A stretch of 64,000 bases of DNA, taken from assembly GCA_016748015.1 (NCBI GenBank), contig JAAOMT010000072.1:190299-254298 (forward strand), in the 5' to 3' direction. Position 1 is the first letter of the stretch; each line of letters begins with the position of its first letter. Below, piece by piece: positions 9,766-21,887 of this stretch. The DNA is from Geosiphon pyriformis uo1 (taxonomy: Eukaryota > Fungi > Glomeromycota). The notes beneath the pieces were generated by a model. The model was not told the origin of the DNA and did no database searches. It was given only the letters and a program-made list of their open reading frames with translations. The position numbers were made by a program, and so were the translations under genes.

Positions 9766-10949
9766 TTAAGTTCCTGCTTTTTGGTGAGGTCGAGAAGTGC
9801 GATATATTGTTCATAGTTTAAATTAGAGTTTAAATCTGAGTTGGAATTGTTGTCATTGTTAATGTCATTTTGAACGGAGCTGAAACTAGTATTTTCATCA
9901 TCATTCTTGTTGGAGTTTGAATTGGGATTGAAAATTAATTCCGATTCCAATGCACAGCTATTAATTGGTTCTTCCTCTTCAGGAATTGTGTAGATCATGC
10001 ATGGTGGTGGATTGTAAATAAGGTCACACTCATTACAATACTGAAAGTCACATGAGATCAAACAGTGGTCACATAGTCAGATGTTTATTTCTTCCAAACA
10101 TTGCTTTTGTTCTTCTCTAGTGGGTGCTAATCCCTGGTAGTATTTGTGTAATTGTTCTGAATCTAGAAGATTTATGACTGGTTCTGAATCCCAGTCAAGT
10201 TTTATGGGCTCTGGTGGGTTGTTTTTGATTTCCTTGATCTTTTCTAGTGACATGCTCTCAATTTTTGCAGTTGTTATTCGCCATATTTCATCATCATTAT
10301 GTAGATAACTGTTCAATCGCTGTATGGCTTTTCTCCAAGTGGCTTCTATTGGTGTCCCTTTTCATACCCAGTCACTAATGAAGATCATGTATTGACACAA
10401 TACATTGCATGTTCATCCATGTCCAGAAATGTCATTCTATATTTCTTTATTGAAGAGGGTCTTCCCACAAGCTAAGCATGGTTGGTTGTCCCATTTTCCT
10501 ATTTGTTCTAGTCTCCCAAAGTGTTCAAGGACGCATAAGCGGCAATACAACTTAGTTGCCATTGAGTATTCTTTATCATCACTACAGCATATACCTATTG
10601 ATGACAATTTCTTGCCGCAATCAACACATATAAGCTTAGATCGACAATAGGTAGATCATTGTAGTATAGTGTAGATATTATAAGTGATGGTGGTTTGGGT
10701 GGTCTCTTCTTCTCTTTCTTTCTCTTTTCCTTTATCTTCTTTGTTTTTTCCCATTCTCAGCTAGAAGTTGGTTTGCTTTTGTCGTTTTCAGTCTATGTTA
10801 GGTCATCAGTTTTCCAGGTAAGTTCTTCCTTCTGTTTTTCTTTCCTGTTATTATCCCAGACAAGTATTGGCGGCAGTTTGTTGTGGTCGACGTTAGTCTA
10901 CAACACTTGGTATGCTTTTCAGGTAGGTTTTGGCTTCTCTTCCTCGAAG

Positions 10950-13700
10950 TCGATTAGTGGTGCCATGGTGTTGGTCGCCTTGAAATGGCCACATGTTGCT
11001 AGTACTTGCATGTGTTGCCCATTCTGGCTGAGTACTAATTTTTGAGTCATCTAATTGAGCATGGCATTAGTTTTGGACAGCCAGTCATTACCAACTAGGG
11101 CTTAGTATTAGGTGGCATCCATTATTAGAACTTTGATGGATACTATGATACTGTTGATTTCTATAGAAAAATTATTTATCTTACTGATAGGTGTTTTTGT
11201 GGTACCATCAGCAATAATAATTCTAGCACTGGCAGTTCGATCGGCAACCTAATTGATCCATGAGTTGTCGTGTAATAATGCTGTCTGCTGAACCACTGTC
11301 AAGAATAAGTTTAATGATATGTCCATCAACTTTTGCATTAGTGTACATGGCAGTAATTGGTTTTTTTTTAAGAGCAGCGCCACTGATAATGGTGTGCTGA
11401 ATGATTCTTCGAGTTCAAATGGAAAAATCACTACTAACAATTTGTCATTTGTGATGGTTACTGGAGGTATGTTGCTCGTAAGTGGCTGCTGTTGGTTGAG
11501 TTCCGGTTTGTTGGTTTGGACATCTTCTGAAGTAATCAGAAGACTTAAGTAGTTCTGAGAATTTGGGTTTTGGATAGAACCAATACCCGGATTCTGCTGT
11601 CAAGAGCCTAATGGTTGGTGAAAAAAGCTGAGGATCAATTGATGAACAACTATCGCCGATCTCCAGTTTTGAGTGATTCTAGGTCTTGGGTTTTCTAATG
11701 ACATTTGAGTAGGGTTTTGGGGTGGTGTTTGACTTGGTTGTTGGGGCTGATAAATTATTTGGGGTTGCGGCTGATAGATTACTGGTGGCTGCAGTTGATA
11801 AATTAGAGGTTGATATACTGGTGGTTAATAGATTGGTTGCTGTGTCATTGGCAGGTAAGTGGTTTGATATTGGTCTTGATTTGGGTAGTAATTCTGAGTC
11901 TAAAATTTGTGATCAGGGTTTCAGTATTGATTTTCCAATCATAGATTGTTGCTATAAAATCTGCAGTCTGCTCTTATGTGTCTTTGTTTACCACAGTTGT
12001 GGCAAACACGCATTTCTGGCTGCCACGGCTGATTAGGTGCTGCTGATAATGATGATGGACACAATTGATTTTGGAAATGATTTGTGTTTCCTGGATTATT
12101 GCATTGTTGTAGTGGTTGATAAATTGTGCGATTGTTAGCTAAGTATTTCTCTAATTTCTGATTAATTGAATCACTGAATTGTTTTAATTTGGAATCCAAT
12201 TCAGATGATCTATTTATTACTAGGTTCATAGTGTGGGCGTGATTGGCTTCTAATTTGACAGATTCAAAATCTTTGGTGTGTGTAACTGCATCTTGGAGAG
12301 TGGCTGAATGCAATGAGTGTATGTGTTGCAGGATGCTACTGTACAGGCCACAGATAAATTGATTGAAAATTTGTGAAATAATTAGCATTAATTGCTTGGA
12401 TTTGTCACAGATTTCTATGGAAGCGTCCCAGATATGTGGTAACTGCTTCAGTTTCTCCTTGTTTAATTGTAGTGAAAGTGTTGACTAATCTGTTGATGCT
12501 ATTGTTATTGCTAAAGTATCTCAAAAATTCTAGTTTGAAAGTGTTGAAATCTTGGGGTTTGTTAACCAGGCTTTGATACCATGAATTCGCTGTATCCTTG
12601 AAAAAATAAGATATGGCTTGTATGGCTCTGGTGTCATTCCATCCATTGGCTGCGATGGTTTTTTCTATATTATTTAGCCAAACTTGTGTATCGTTCTCTT
12701 CACCAGTAAATTTGTCGAGCTTTATAATTGGTGCGTATGCCATTTGTTGTTGTTGCTGTGGTAGAAGTTGTTGTTGTTGTTGAGGTAGTACTGGGGGTGG
12801 TTGTTGATTTTGTTGGTTTGGTGTTTGGATGGGCTGGCCAATTGGTTCTACTGGTAGTTGATTAATGACAATAACTGAAGGCAAGTGCTGATTAATTACT
12901 TTGGGGTTTTGATTTTGCAGTGCTTGAATATTCGGGATTTTGATTTCTGGATTTTTTTGCTGAGTTTGAACATTTGGGGTTCCAAATTCTGGGTTTTCAA
13001 GAATTGGGTTTTGGTAAGTAAATTCTTGATCTTCCGATTCTTCTTCCTCTTCGTTTTCAGATAGTTTCTATGGGGTAGTGGTTCCAAAGTCTGGTTGAGG
13101 CGGCAGTAATTGAATTTCTGATGGTGTTGGTGATCACAATTTAAATCCCTCAAAATATTTGCCATATGGTTTTAGTAGATCTGTTTTCCTTTGTTTACTT
13201 TGGAATGGGAATTGTCCAAATGTTGATATCATGTTTAATGTGGATGCATTTGCTGATGTTATATTGATGGCACTTCCCAGTGTGTAGTGATAAGATGGAG
13301 CAGTTGGTAATTCAATTTTTGTTTTCTTCCAAGTGGGTGGTTGTATCCTTTTGAGTGTTATCATTGGTGTTTGTAGTTTTCCTTTGCCTTTACTGGCGTA
13401 AATAATTGGATATCTTTGTTGGGTGTGATGTTCAATTTCTTTGTTGATTTCAGTAATAATGGATGCAAAATTATGATTTGTTGGTAAGCTGGTATTTTGG
13501 ATCAATTCATTGTAAAAGGTTTTTCTTGCTGATTCAGTGTTTATTGGTATTCCCAATAAGTAGGCAATTCTCTCGTTAACATAGAAATTGAAGGCTGATT
13601 CTGCAGATATGTGATTATGGTTTAATCCCAAGTGTTAACAGTAATGTTGAAATAAGGATTTCGTGAATCCTAAATGGTTTGCTCCTATGTTTTCTGATTC
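10950..13700 (-). pseudogene. Gypsy-A gag (capsid and CCHC) and aspartic protease
   Basis: KLDKFTGEENDTQVWL..ANSWYQSL capsid region; CHNCGKQRHIRADC knuckle; IYQP repeats; LILDSGS protease motif near 11290-11315. Confidence 0.88.
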
Positions 13701-13749
13701 TGCCACTTTTGAATGGAGTTGTTGGTGCTGATTCTCTGTAGGATTATAT

Positions 13750-13765
13750 CTCACAGAGAGCACCA
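13750..13765 (-). other. Primer-binding site of Gypsy-A (TGGTGCTCTCTGTGAG)
   Basis: Begins with TGG 2 nt after the 5' LTR and is complementary to a tRNA 3' end ...GAGAGCACCA. The tRNA identity cannot be fixed here; it resembles elongator tRNA-Met. Confidence 0.8.
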
Positions 13766-13767
13766 AA

Positions 13768-14644
13768 TATTACAAATGACAATTTCTGGTATTAGATTAA
13801 ATAACAAACCCATAACTTGGTGCTCAAAGCTATTCTCATTGTTGATAATCTGAAGGTTTGATATCTGAAGGTTTTGTATCTAAAGAGTTTGGTTGAATTT
13901 TTTGTATAATGGACAAAGATTCAATGGTAATAGTTTTATCTGTAGCTTCCCAAAACTGCAGTTTCATCAATTTCTTTCTCAGCTTGGTGGCTGGTATTCC
14001 TTCTGGTAAGCTATCCTCAATCGAGTGTTCTACCCTTATTTCTGGGTCTTTTACCAGTTACATTTATCCTGACATCAGTGCCCCGTGCATTAATTCTCAA
14101 TAGAGTTAGTAAACAACAATAAAATCAAAACAAGAAAATAAAGAAAAAAAAAAAAATAAAGAAAAAAAAAAATAAGCCAAGGTGATTTGCAAGTTAGTAT
14201 TCCATTAATAGTCATGATCAAGAGCTATTGTTCCAGTGTGGTTAAGTATTAATTATTATCAATATGAAGTGTTAATAGTGGAAATGGATTTGAGATAACA
14301 AATAGTTATTTATTAAATGATTGTGATTTGGAGAGTTGCTTAGATTAAATCTAAACTGAAAGGTCTCTCTTTTCAGCTTCTAATCCTACTGCTATATATA
14401 CATAATTGAGATTCCTTAATTCCTCAATTCTTCACAACAAGAATTCTGGGATTCCTGGAATCCTGCAATTTCTTTGAGAGGAATTCTGGAATTCTGGAAT
14501 CCTGCAATTCCTTGTGAGAATCCTGTAATTCCTGGAATCCTGCAATTCCTGAGAGAAATCCTAGAATTCCACATTTTACTACATCTACTTCTGATTGGCT
14601 AATAACTATGCTAATATATATTCCCTATATTTCTATAAGTAACA
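13768..14644 (-). repeat. Gypsy-A 5' LTR
   Basis: Direct repeat of 4548-5405, adjacent to the PBS. Confidence 0.95.
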
Positions 14645-14698
14645 GCATAGTGTATTAGATAGTGTTTGGGTATACTTTGTTAAAACATAAAAAAAAAA
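14645..14698 (+). mobile_element. Remainder of the ORF1-only element 3' tail with poly(A)
   Basis: gtattagatagtgtttgggtatactttgttaaaacat-A10 aligns with 1924-1977. Confidence 0.75.
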
Positions 14699-14699
14699 C

Positions 14700-16200
14700 A
14701 ATATTAAAATTAACTTTAATATATCTTAAAAAAACTTTAACTGAAGAAAAACCAATAGTTAAAGATAAAAAAAATGTTTTAAAAACTATTAAAACAGTTT
14801 TATATTATCAATATTAAAAAAAACATTTTTAAAATATTTTATTTGGTTGTTTTTACAACAAAAAACATTTTTTTGTTAAAACTTATTATAAAAAAAATAA
14901 CATTAAAATTTTTTTACTCTTTATTTTAATTGTAATTATAAAATTAAGAAAAAAAATAATTAATTTTGTTATAATAAAAGTTTTAATTTAATTTATTAAT
15001 AATAATAATTCTAATATATTAAATAATATATAATATAATTTTAATTAACTTAAATAATTGATTACATATAAATAAAACATAAACTATAATTATTTTTTGT
15101 TATATTCTAATAAATAATAGTTAAATTATACTTATTATTGCAAAATAAAATAAAAATATATAAACAAAATAATTTATTTAATAATAATTTTTTTGTTTTA
15201 TTAATTTAATAAAATATATGAATAAATCAGATTTGAAAAATTTAAATAGATTTAATTTTTAATAAAGTAATTTAAATTTTATTTGAATAACTGGTTATTA
15301 TAAAAAACACATAAATTAAACTTATAATTTAAAAGTAAAAACAATTTAAGTATTAGTAAAATCATATTTATTTAAAGCATAATAATAAAAATTTTTATAA
15401 AAGCAAAAAATAAGTTCTAATAATATTATAAATTATAAATATATTGGTAAAAAAATTTTAATTTGGTATTTTGTAAAAAACTTGTTATTATAATATAATG
15501 TAATTTTAATTAAAAAGTACATAATTTATATATAATATAATATATATATATATTGCATATAAATAAATAATAGTTGAAATATATTTATTAAAGCAATTAA
15601 AAAATATATTTGCAAATATATTTAGAATGTTTTAGAATAAGTTTTTCCTTTTAATAATAAATTTTTAAATTAGTTAAAACAAAATAGTTTTTATTCATTT
15701 TTTTAAAAACTTTTGTTAAATTTTGTTTTTATTTATATTTATTAAAAAAAGATAATATTCAATTTTATAATAATTAGAATTTATACATTAAATTACAAAA
15801 TGTTGTAATTAATATGAGATTTACAATTTATGAATTAATTATAAATTAATTGAAAACTTTTTTACTTTCCGAATTTTTAATTGTAATATCATTTTTAATT
15901 AATAATTAAGTCAACAACCTGATTAATAACTAAATTAATAATTAATCAATAATTAATTAAAAAATAAGTGTAAAAATTAATATATCGAATATAACTAAAT
16001 ACGTGAATTGAATGGTTAAAATCTTTATATTATTAATTAAAGTAATATAATTTCTTAAAATATTTATAAATATAAAAAAACTTATTTTGGTTAAATAATT
16101 TGATGTGTTTCGATTTTCAGATTAACAAAGAATTTCATACATATTAAATATTGGCATTAATTTAAAATATTAAAAATATTTAACAAAACCATGTGTAAGT
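14700..16200. other. Extremely AT-rich non-coding stretch, probably terminally decayed repeat DNA
   Basis: Very few G/C bases and no ORF of 60 aa or more. Confidence 0.5.
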
Positions 16201-16213
16201 TTTTTTTGAAATA

Positions 16214-17127
16214 CAGGGCGGTGACAAAAACATTGAATAATTTTATTTGAAATATCTCTCTCAATTTGTTATATGTCTCCTTTAATAAAGATAATAGCTT
16301 CAATTCTGCCAAGTATAAAACTAATTAATGTTTGGTATAGTTTTTGAGACACCGTATTCTATTTTTAGTTCCAATTCTTAAATATTAGATGGTTAAGGAT
16401 TGCGTTTTCGAAATCCTGATTCAACCAAAAACTATAATTCTTCAATAATATAAGGTCAGACCTTTTTTTGAATTAAAGAAAATTTGGGCAATTTCTGAAG
16501 GTATACTGGAGCATTTTCCTCTTGAAAAATAAACTTGGTGTGCATGTGCCTTGAGTGTGGTATAACATAACTTCACAATGAGTAATAGTAATCGAACCGT
16601 TTAATGGAATAGTCCTAACCAATTAATAAAAAAACCAACATTTTTGCTGAACTGTGAAGATGTTGATTCATCTGACCAATGACTTTTTTCCAATCCAATG
16701 TCTGTATTTTTAGCAAAATCGAGTATTTTAGCCTGGATTCCAATCGAAATTAAAGGTTTCTTTTGTGGAATACAAGCGTGAATTTCTTCTTTTTTTTAAA
16801 GCGTATTGACACTATTTGGTGATTATTTTGTTTGGAAAAAAGTTGTTAAATTGATTCGCCGAGATTTTTTATTGTAAGAATTGTTGGATTTTGGACTGGA
16901 TGATTCGAAAATGTCCAAGCCTTGTTTTTGGTGAATTTTTATTTCATAAAGTTCGTGAAACAGTTGTTTGCTATTTTCGGCATGAAAAACGTACCATTTC
17001 GCGTGGTAAAACGTGACAATCACAAGAAACTTGTTTTTCTTAATCCTAATTTAACCAAACATTCCAATGGTTCCTATTTAGGCAAAAAAAACCCTTCCAC
17101 GAAAATATTCAATTTTGTCACCCACTG
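16214..17127 (-). mobile_element. Internally deleted Tc1/mariner DNA transposon
   Basis: Imperfect TIRs CAGGGCGGTGACAAAAACATTGAATA / CAGTGGGTGACAAAATTGAATA with TA flanks. Minus-strand remnants WKKV..WSDES and FIFQEENAP. Confidence 0.8.
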
Positions 17128-17165
17128 TATTTATCAAATTAAAAACAAAACTTCCCATTTACATA

Positions 17166-18435
17166 CAGTCTGGGACAAAAAAAATTGGACAAAAAAATGC
17201 ATCTTACAAGATTTGATCTAGTTTAACCAATTTTGGTTAGATTGTGGCGAGGTTAGTTGGAAATGAATGCGAAGGTAAGTGGCTATTGGCTTATATATTT
17301 TTTTTGTGCATTTTATTAATTTTTTTTTTAATTCTCGCGCGAAAATGGCAACATCCAAGCAAGAAATGCAACGACAAACAGTATTGTATTTTTGGAACCA
17401 AGGAATACGAATTGCAGCGGAAATACAGAAGCGAACAAATATACCACGTTCTACTATTTACAATATTCTTAAAAAACCGGGGTGGTGGAGCATGCAGGTG
17501 GAAATGGTCGGCCAAGAAAGATTAAAGGGGTTGCTTCGCGAGTATTACGATCGTACATCAAACGGGATTCCTCAATTTCAACGAGAACTTTGACAACAAA
17601 GTTGTCAAAAATAAATGTAGAGGTATCCTATAGAACAATTGGGAGGCATTTAGCATTTCTTGGTTACAAAAAAGACCTTCCTCGGGCCATCCCAATGTTT
17701 ACTGATAAACATAAAGAGAGGCGTTTGGAATGGGCTTACCAACACTTGAATGACAATTGGGACCGAACTGTTTTTACAGATGAAACGGCCTTTTGTTTAT
17801 TCCGGAACACACTAGAGCGTTGGTATAGAGGTTTACGGCCCACCCGTGCCATTCCAAAAGATCGAACAAAAGTCTTTGCTTGGGGTGGTTTCTATAAAGG
17901 AGGAAAGACAAGTTTATTTTGTTTTACTGGAATAATGGATAGTCATTTTTACATAGAAATTCTTCGTACTCACCTGCCTGAAATTAGAGGAATGCTTGGG
18001 CGTAGGTGGCGGTTCCAGCAAGACAACGATCCGAAACACAAAAGCAAAGTTTCCCAAGCCTTTATAGCTGCCAATATTAATAATGTTCTTGACTGGCCTG
18101 CCAACTCACCCGACTTGAACCCTATTGAAAACTTGTGGGCTATTGTTAAGAATAAGGTAGAAAAGCGAATGCCCGAAAATTGTGACCAGTTAATGAAGAA
18201 GAGTGGCGGATGATTTCCGGATCTACCCTTATCGGGTTAGTAGGATCAATGAAACGGCGTTGAGATGGTGATTGCGAATAAGGGGGAAAGAATATCATAT
18301 TAATATTCTATTAATTTTTTTTAATAAAATAATGTGCTTTTTATCTTTCTAATGATATATTTTTTGTAAAATTTGGTCCATTAATTAAAGCACAATAATT
18401 AGTTTTTTGTGTCCAATTTTTTTTGTCCCACACTG
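17166..18435 (+). mobile_element. Tc1-family (DD34E) DNA transposon
   Basis: TIRs of about 30 bp, CAGT(C/G)TGGGACAAAAAAAATTGGACA. TA TSD at 17164-17165 and 18436-18437. Confidence 0.93.
17345..18303 (+). pseudogene. Tc1 transposase, frameshifted near 17475 and after about 18190
   Basis: HTH N-terminus, GRPRK, TVFTDE, QQDND-34 aa-E (SPDLNPIENLW), C-terminal GERISY. Confidence 0.9.
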
Positions 18436-18570
18436 TATCTCCTTAAAAGTCTTTTACAGTTCAATTATTTAATTCATTTTAGCCAACAATAAGATTCTAT
18501 TCATGAAACCTGTTGAGCAATTATTTTGAAACTTAAAAAAGATTATTTAGATTAACCTAAGTTCAGGAAT

Positions 18571-21500
18571 TCAGAGTTTCATATTTGCAACCTCCTCTGC
18601 CTTGAATTCAATCCTAAGACAATGAAATATTTTTAGACATATATCAATAATATTTAGCAAAATATTTAATAATTAATCAAACCTGAGGCTTAAAACTTTT
18701 CTGGCTTCAGTTACCGTAAGGCGCCATGTAATTGGGCTACTTGACTTTGAACCAGTGCCCCAGTAATCATAAATTTCCAAGAGCTATTTAAAAATAACGG
18801 ATTGAATAAAGGCATAATATTTGCCAGAATTTTGTAATGGTTAGTGAAAATAGAAAAATACTCACACTTTCTAGATTAAGCAAGGTCGAGATCTGATTTA
18901 ACCTAGTGAATTTATCACGAAAAGACCACTGTATTTTAGCGGAAAAATAGCTGTTAACGGACCTGAGATCTTTATCGAACCTCAGAGCACCCAGCTAAAC
19001 ATTAGGTAAAATAATTACAAATCAATAATATTGGATTTGAAAAAAAAAGCTTTGTGGCAAGGAAAATGAATTTTTCATAACCTGATTAAACTTGGTGGCT
19101 AAAACTGTCTTTTCCCACATGTTGAGTAATGAATCCAAAAGATGAATCATAAGTTGATTATAATTATTCTGGGTGAAAGTCACCTAATTAAAAGTTAAAA
19201 AATGTAATTAACAAAATTTGAAGCAGGAGAAATCACGAATTCTCAGACAAACCTTGTATATGTGTATTAATGAGTCAAATCCGCTAACAAACCGTTTGGC
19301 GAAATTATCATTTGAGTCTTGTTCATGGTATTCATCTTCATCAAGAACATACTTTATCCCTTTGTAAGCTTCTTGTAATATTGGCCTGATACGTGGCTTC
19401 ACTAATTGGATGAATAATTGTTCAACCCCACTCTAACATTTACTAGTTAATAGATTATTTTTGATCTTTAAACTTAATAAAATTGGTTCCTCCTTACATT
19501 TAAAATCTGTTTAAACTTGCTAATCGCAGATTCACTGAGCCATGAAATTGATTTTTGCACCTTTATATTGTAGTCCTCTTCCGCAGATAATGGTGCTAAT
19601 ATTTTATTGGCATCATTTTGAAGCTCAGACGTTAGTCGTTCAATATAGTCACAGCTGACATCCAAGTTATTCAGCAAAATCTATTTTTTGGTATCCCGTC
19701 CCCCACAATATATTATTAATTAAAGCAAAATTCAAACGTAAAAGCCGTGACCCAAATTAAACCTACTTAAATACCATGTAAGAGACTTTAGCATCCTTGT
19801 TATCGTTTGAAGCGAAAGAGCTCATCAACCGTTTTTGAATAACTTTAATAAACTCATTTTCAAGGCTTTGGTGAATCAAATTGATCATTGTAGAAATGCA
19901 ATCAATATTAGAAGTAGATAGGGCTCGGGACAGGCTTCTTTTAAGAATATAAAATACGTCATCTACGCAGCTCGAGGTAGAATTACCATCTTCATTCCTA
20001 TCCATCTCCATTGCCTAAAGGTAGGAAACTCATGTTTCGAAAATATTTTGAAAAATGGATAAATGTAACCATGTTGTTTACCTGCTCAATCGCTCTCCTT
20101 AAAAAATATTCTTCAATAAGAATATAATCATGGATCAACATCTTGATTTGTTTCGAAAGACCACTCTTGCTTAAAAGTCCTATAGTTTTAAAATCATCCA
20201 TCTCTTCAATAGACATATCTGTGCCGCTGTCCTTCATAGCTTTGAATTCTGACTTTTGAAATTTGTAGGAAGCCATGAATCATGTAATGTGAGACAAAAG
20301 AGTCTAATATATAAGAATACTGACTTTTGCTCTTGATTCCAAAAACCAAAAATAGAGATGGGTACGTTGGTTGATAATAGCTAATTCCGTCAATAATGCA
20401 TCAATTTCTCTAGTATCTGGCATATCATCCGTTACATTAAATTGTCCTGAATATTCTTTAGACTGGACCGAACGAAGAGGATTGATAGTACGTCTGGGAG
20501 TATTGTTGTATGAATGAATATCAGCCACCTATGAAAATCCAAAGTAAACCTCATATGAATGATCATAAAACCTGAGAGATGTATGTATACCTTTCTCTGA
20601 AGTTGTTTCTCGTCACTGAATGTGTTAAGAATGATACGACTCTGTTTGTCACACTCATCCTGGATTCTTTCAATAACCCGAATGATCTTCCCTGGTCCAT
20701 AATGCGTTTCAACCACCGGATGATGCTGATCAATAATTAGAGCGATATTTTCAAAAAGTTTGGTAAGAGTTTCAGCGTAAAAGTTAGCGCCGATAGCTAA
20801 AAGTAAAGGGCCATTAGAATTTGATTAATTATGAGGCTTGTGTTTTACTTTCTAGAACCTCTTACCTGTTTTTGCCAAGTTTTCTTGGCTTTTTCCACCA
20901 ATTATGCCACAAACAAAATTTGAATATTTATCCAAACCCTCTTTCTCTTTACCAATCAATGGAAAAAGTCGAAAAAAACGACTGATGTTGTTCTCGTCAC
21001 GAATCAAAACAGCGGAATCAAACTCCTTGGAGAATATGACAAAAAGTGTGTCCTTAGCATCGGAAAGAGTTTTTTTGGGAATATCAGGATATTCAGAAGA
21101 TGGTACAGCATTTTCTGCAAATTCGCCCTCAAGAATACTCGGATCCAAAGCCATTGTCCGATGAATATATCCAGCAGCTGCTTCATAGTCTTTGATCTGC
21201 ATCGCTGAATGTATTCCATTGATGCACAATTTTAATTTTTGAACATTCTCCACCTCAGTAATTGTTTCTTGAACTCGTGACTGTTCTAGGTCTAGTTGCC
21301 GAACTTGGGCGCTAATCCTCTCAGCTACAATCGAAGTTCCGTTTAATATATTCATAAGGTCAGTGGCTTGCGAAGAAAGGGAGCTCAGTTGTGGCCTAAG
21401 AAATTACCAAGCTTATATACCTTGGGCCGGAGCACTGATGCTAACAGTTCAAGACGAGTGAAACGATCTCCATAACCTACCTTAGAGCTTCCATTTTTTC

Positions 21501-21677
21501 CAATTTCGCTTCTAGTTCCCCTCTTCTTTCAAGTAATACATCAAGATCCACATCAACCTGGTTCTCCTCTAAGTCTAAAACCCTCAGACAGTCTTGAATC
21601 ACTTCAACATTTGTTAGGGATCTTAGGTAATCAAGCGAGAGTTGGGAAGCTTCTCTATTAGCGAAAGTCTCGGACAT
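18571..21677 (-). CDS. COG4: Conserved oligomeric Golgi complex subunit 4 (multi-exon)
   Basis: AERISAQVRQLDLEQSRV, RFFRLFPLIGKEKEGL, THYGPG, VDDVFYILK, MKPRIRPIL, RFDKDLRS and WRLTVTEARKVL. GT-AG introns. Confidence 0.92.
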
Positions 21678-21887
21678 GTTTAGCCGTTTATAGGTAAGGA
21701 AATCAAATAACAGATAAACAAATTGGTTTAAAAAAATTGAGGTCACATTTTTTTTATATGCTATTGTAAATACAATAAGTCATCTGGTTCGAACCTTGAA
21801 AATATTTCAAACAATTCGAGTTTGTTTAACGGATATTTTCACACTACTAAATTTTATCACCAGTTCACCCAGTTTATTAAAATACAA

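Larger units (their letters stand above)
4548..14644 (-). mobile_element. Gypsy-A: full-length decayed Ty3/Gypsy LTR retrotransposon (gag-PR-Cys-rich-dUTPase-RT-RH / IN / ORF3)
   Basis: Two LTRs with TGTTAC..GTAACA termini. 4-bp TSD GCAT at 4544-4547 and 14645-14648. PBS, PPT and all pol domains lie on the minus strand. Confidence 0.95.

Noticed and set aside
13680-13765. Non-AUG initiation of gag
   Set aside because: An ATA codon at the homologous position in A (aacATAgga) and B (acaATAgaa) is readily explained as ATG mutated G>A.
13830-14075. Open frame of about 75 codons inside the Gypsy-A LTR (minus strand)
   Set aside because: No start codon after the upstream stops, interrupted in the other LTR, and no counterpart in the other LTR families.
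17468-17484. Programmed -1 frameshift at the A6 run in the Tc1 transposase
   Set aside because: There is no proper X XXY YYZ heptamer in frame, residues appear to be missing, and the gene has other deletions. Simple decay is more likely.
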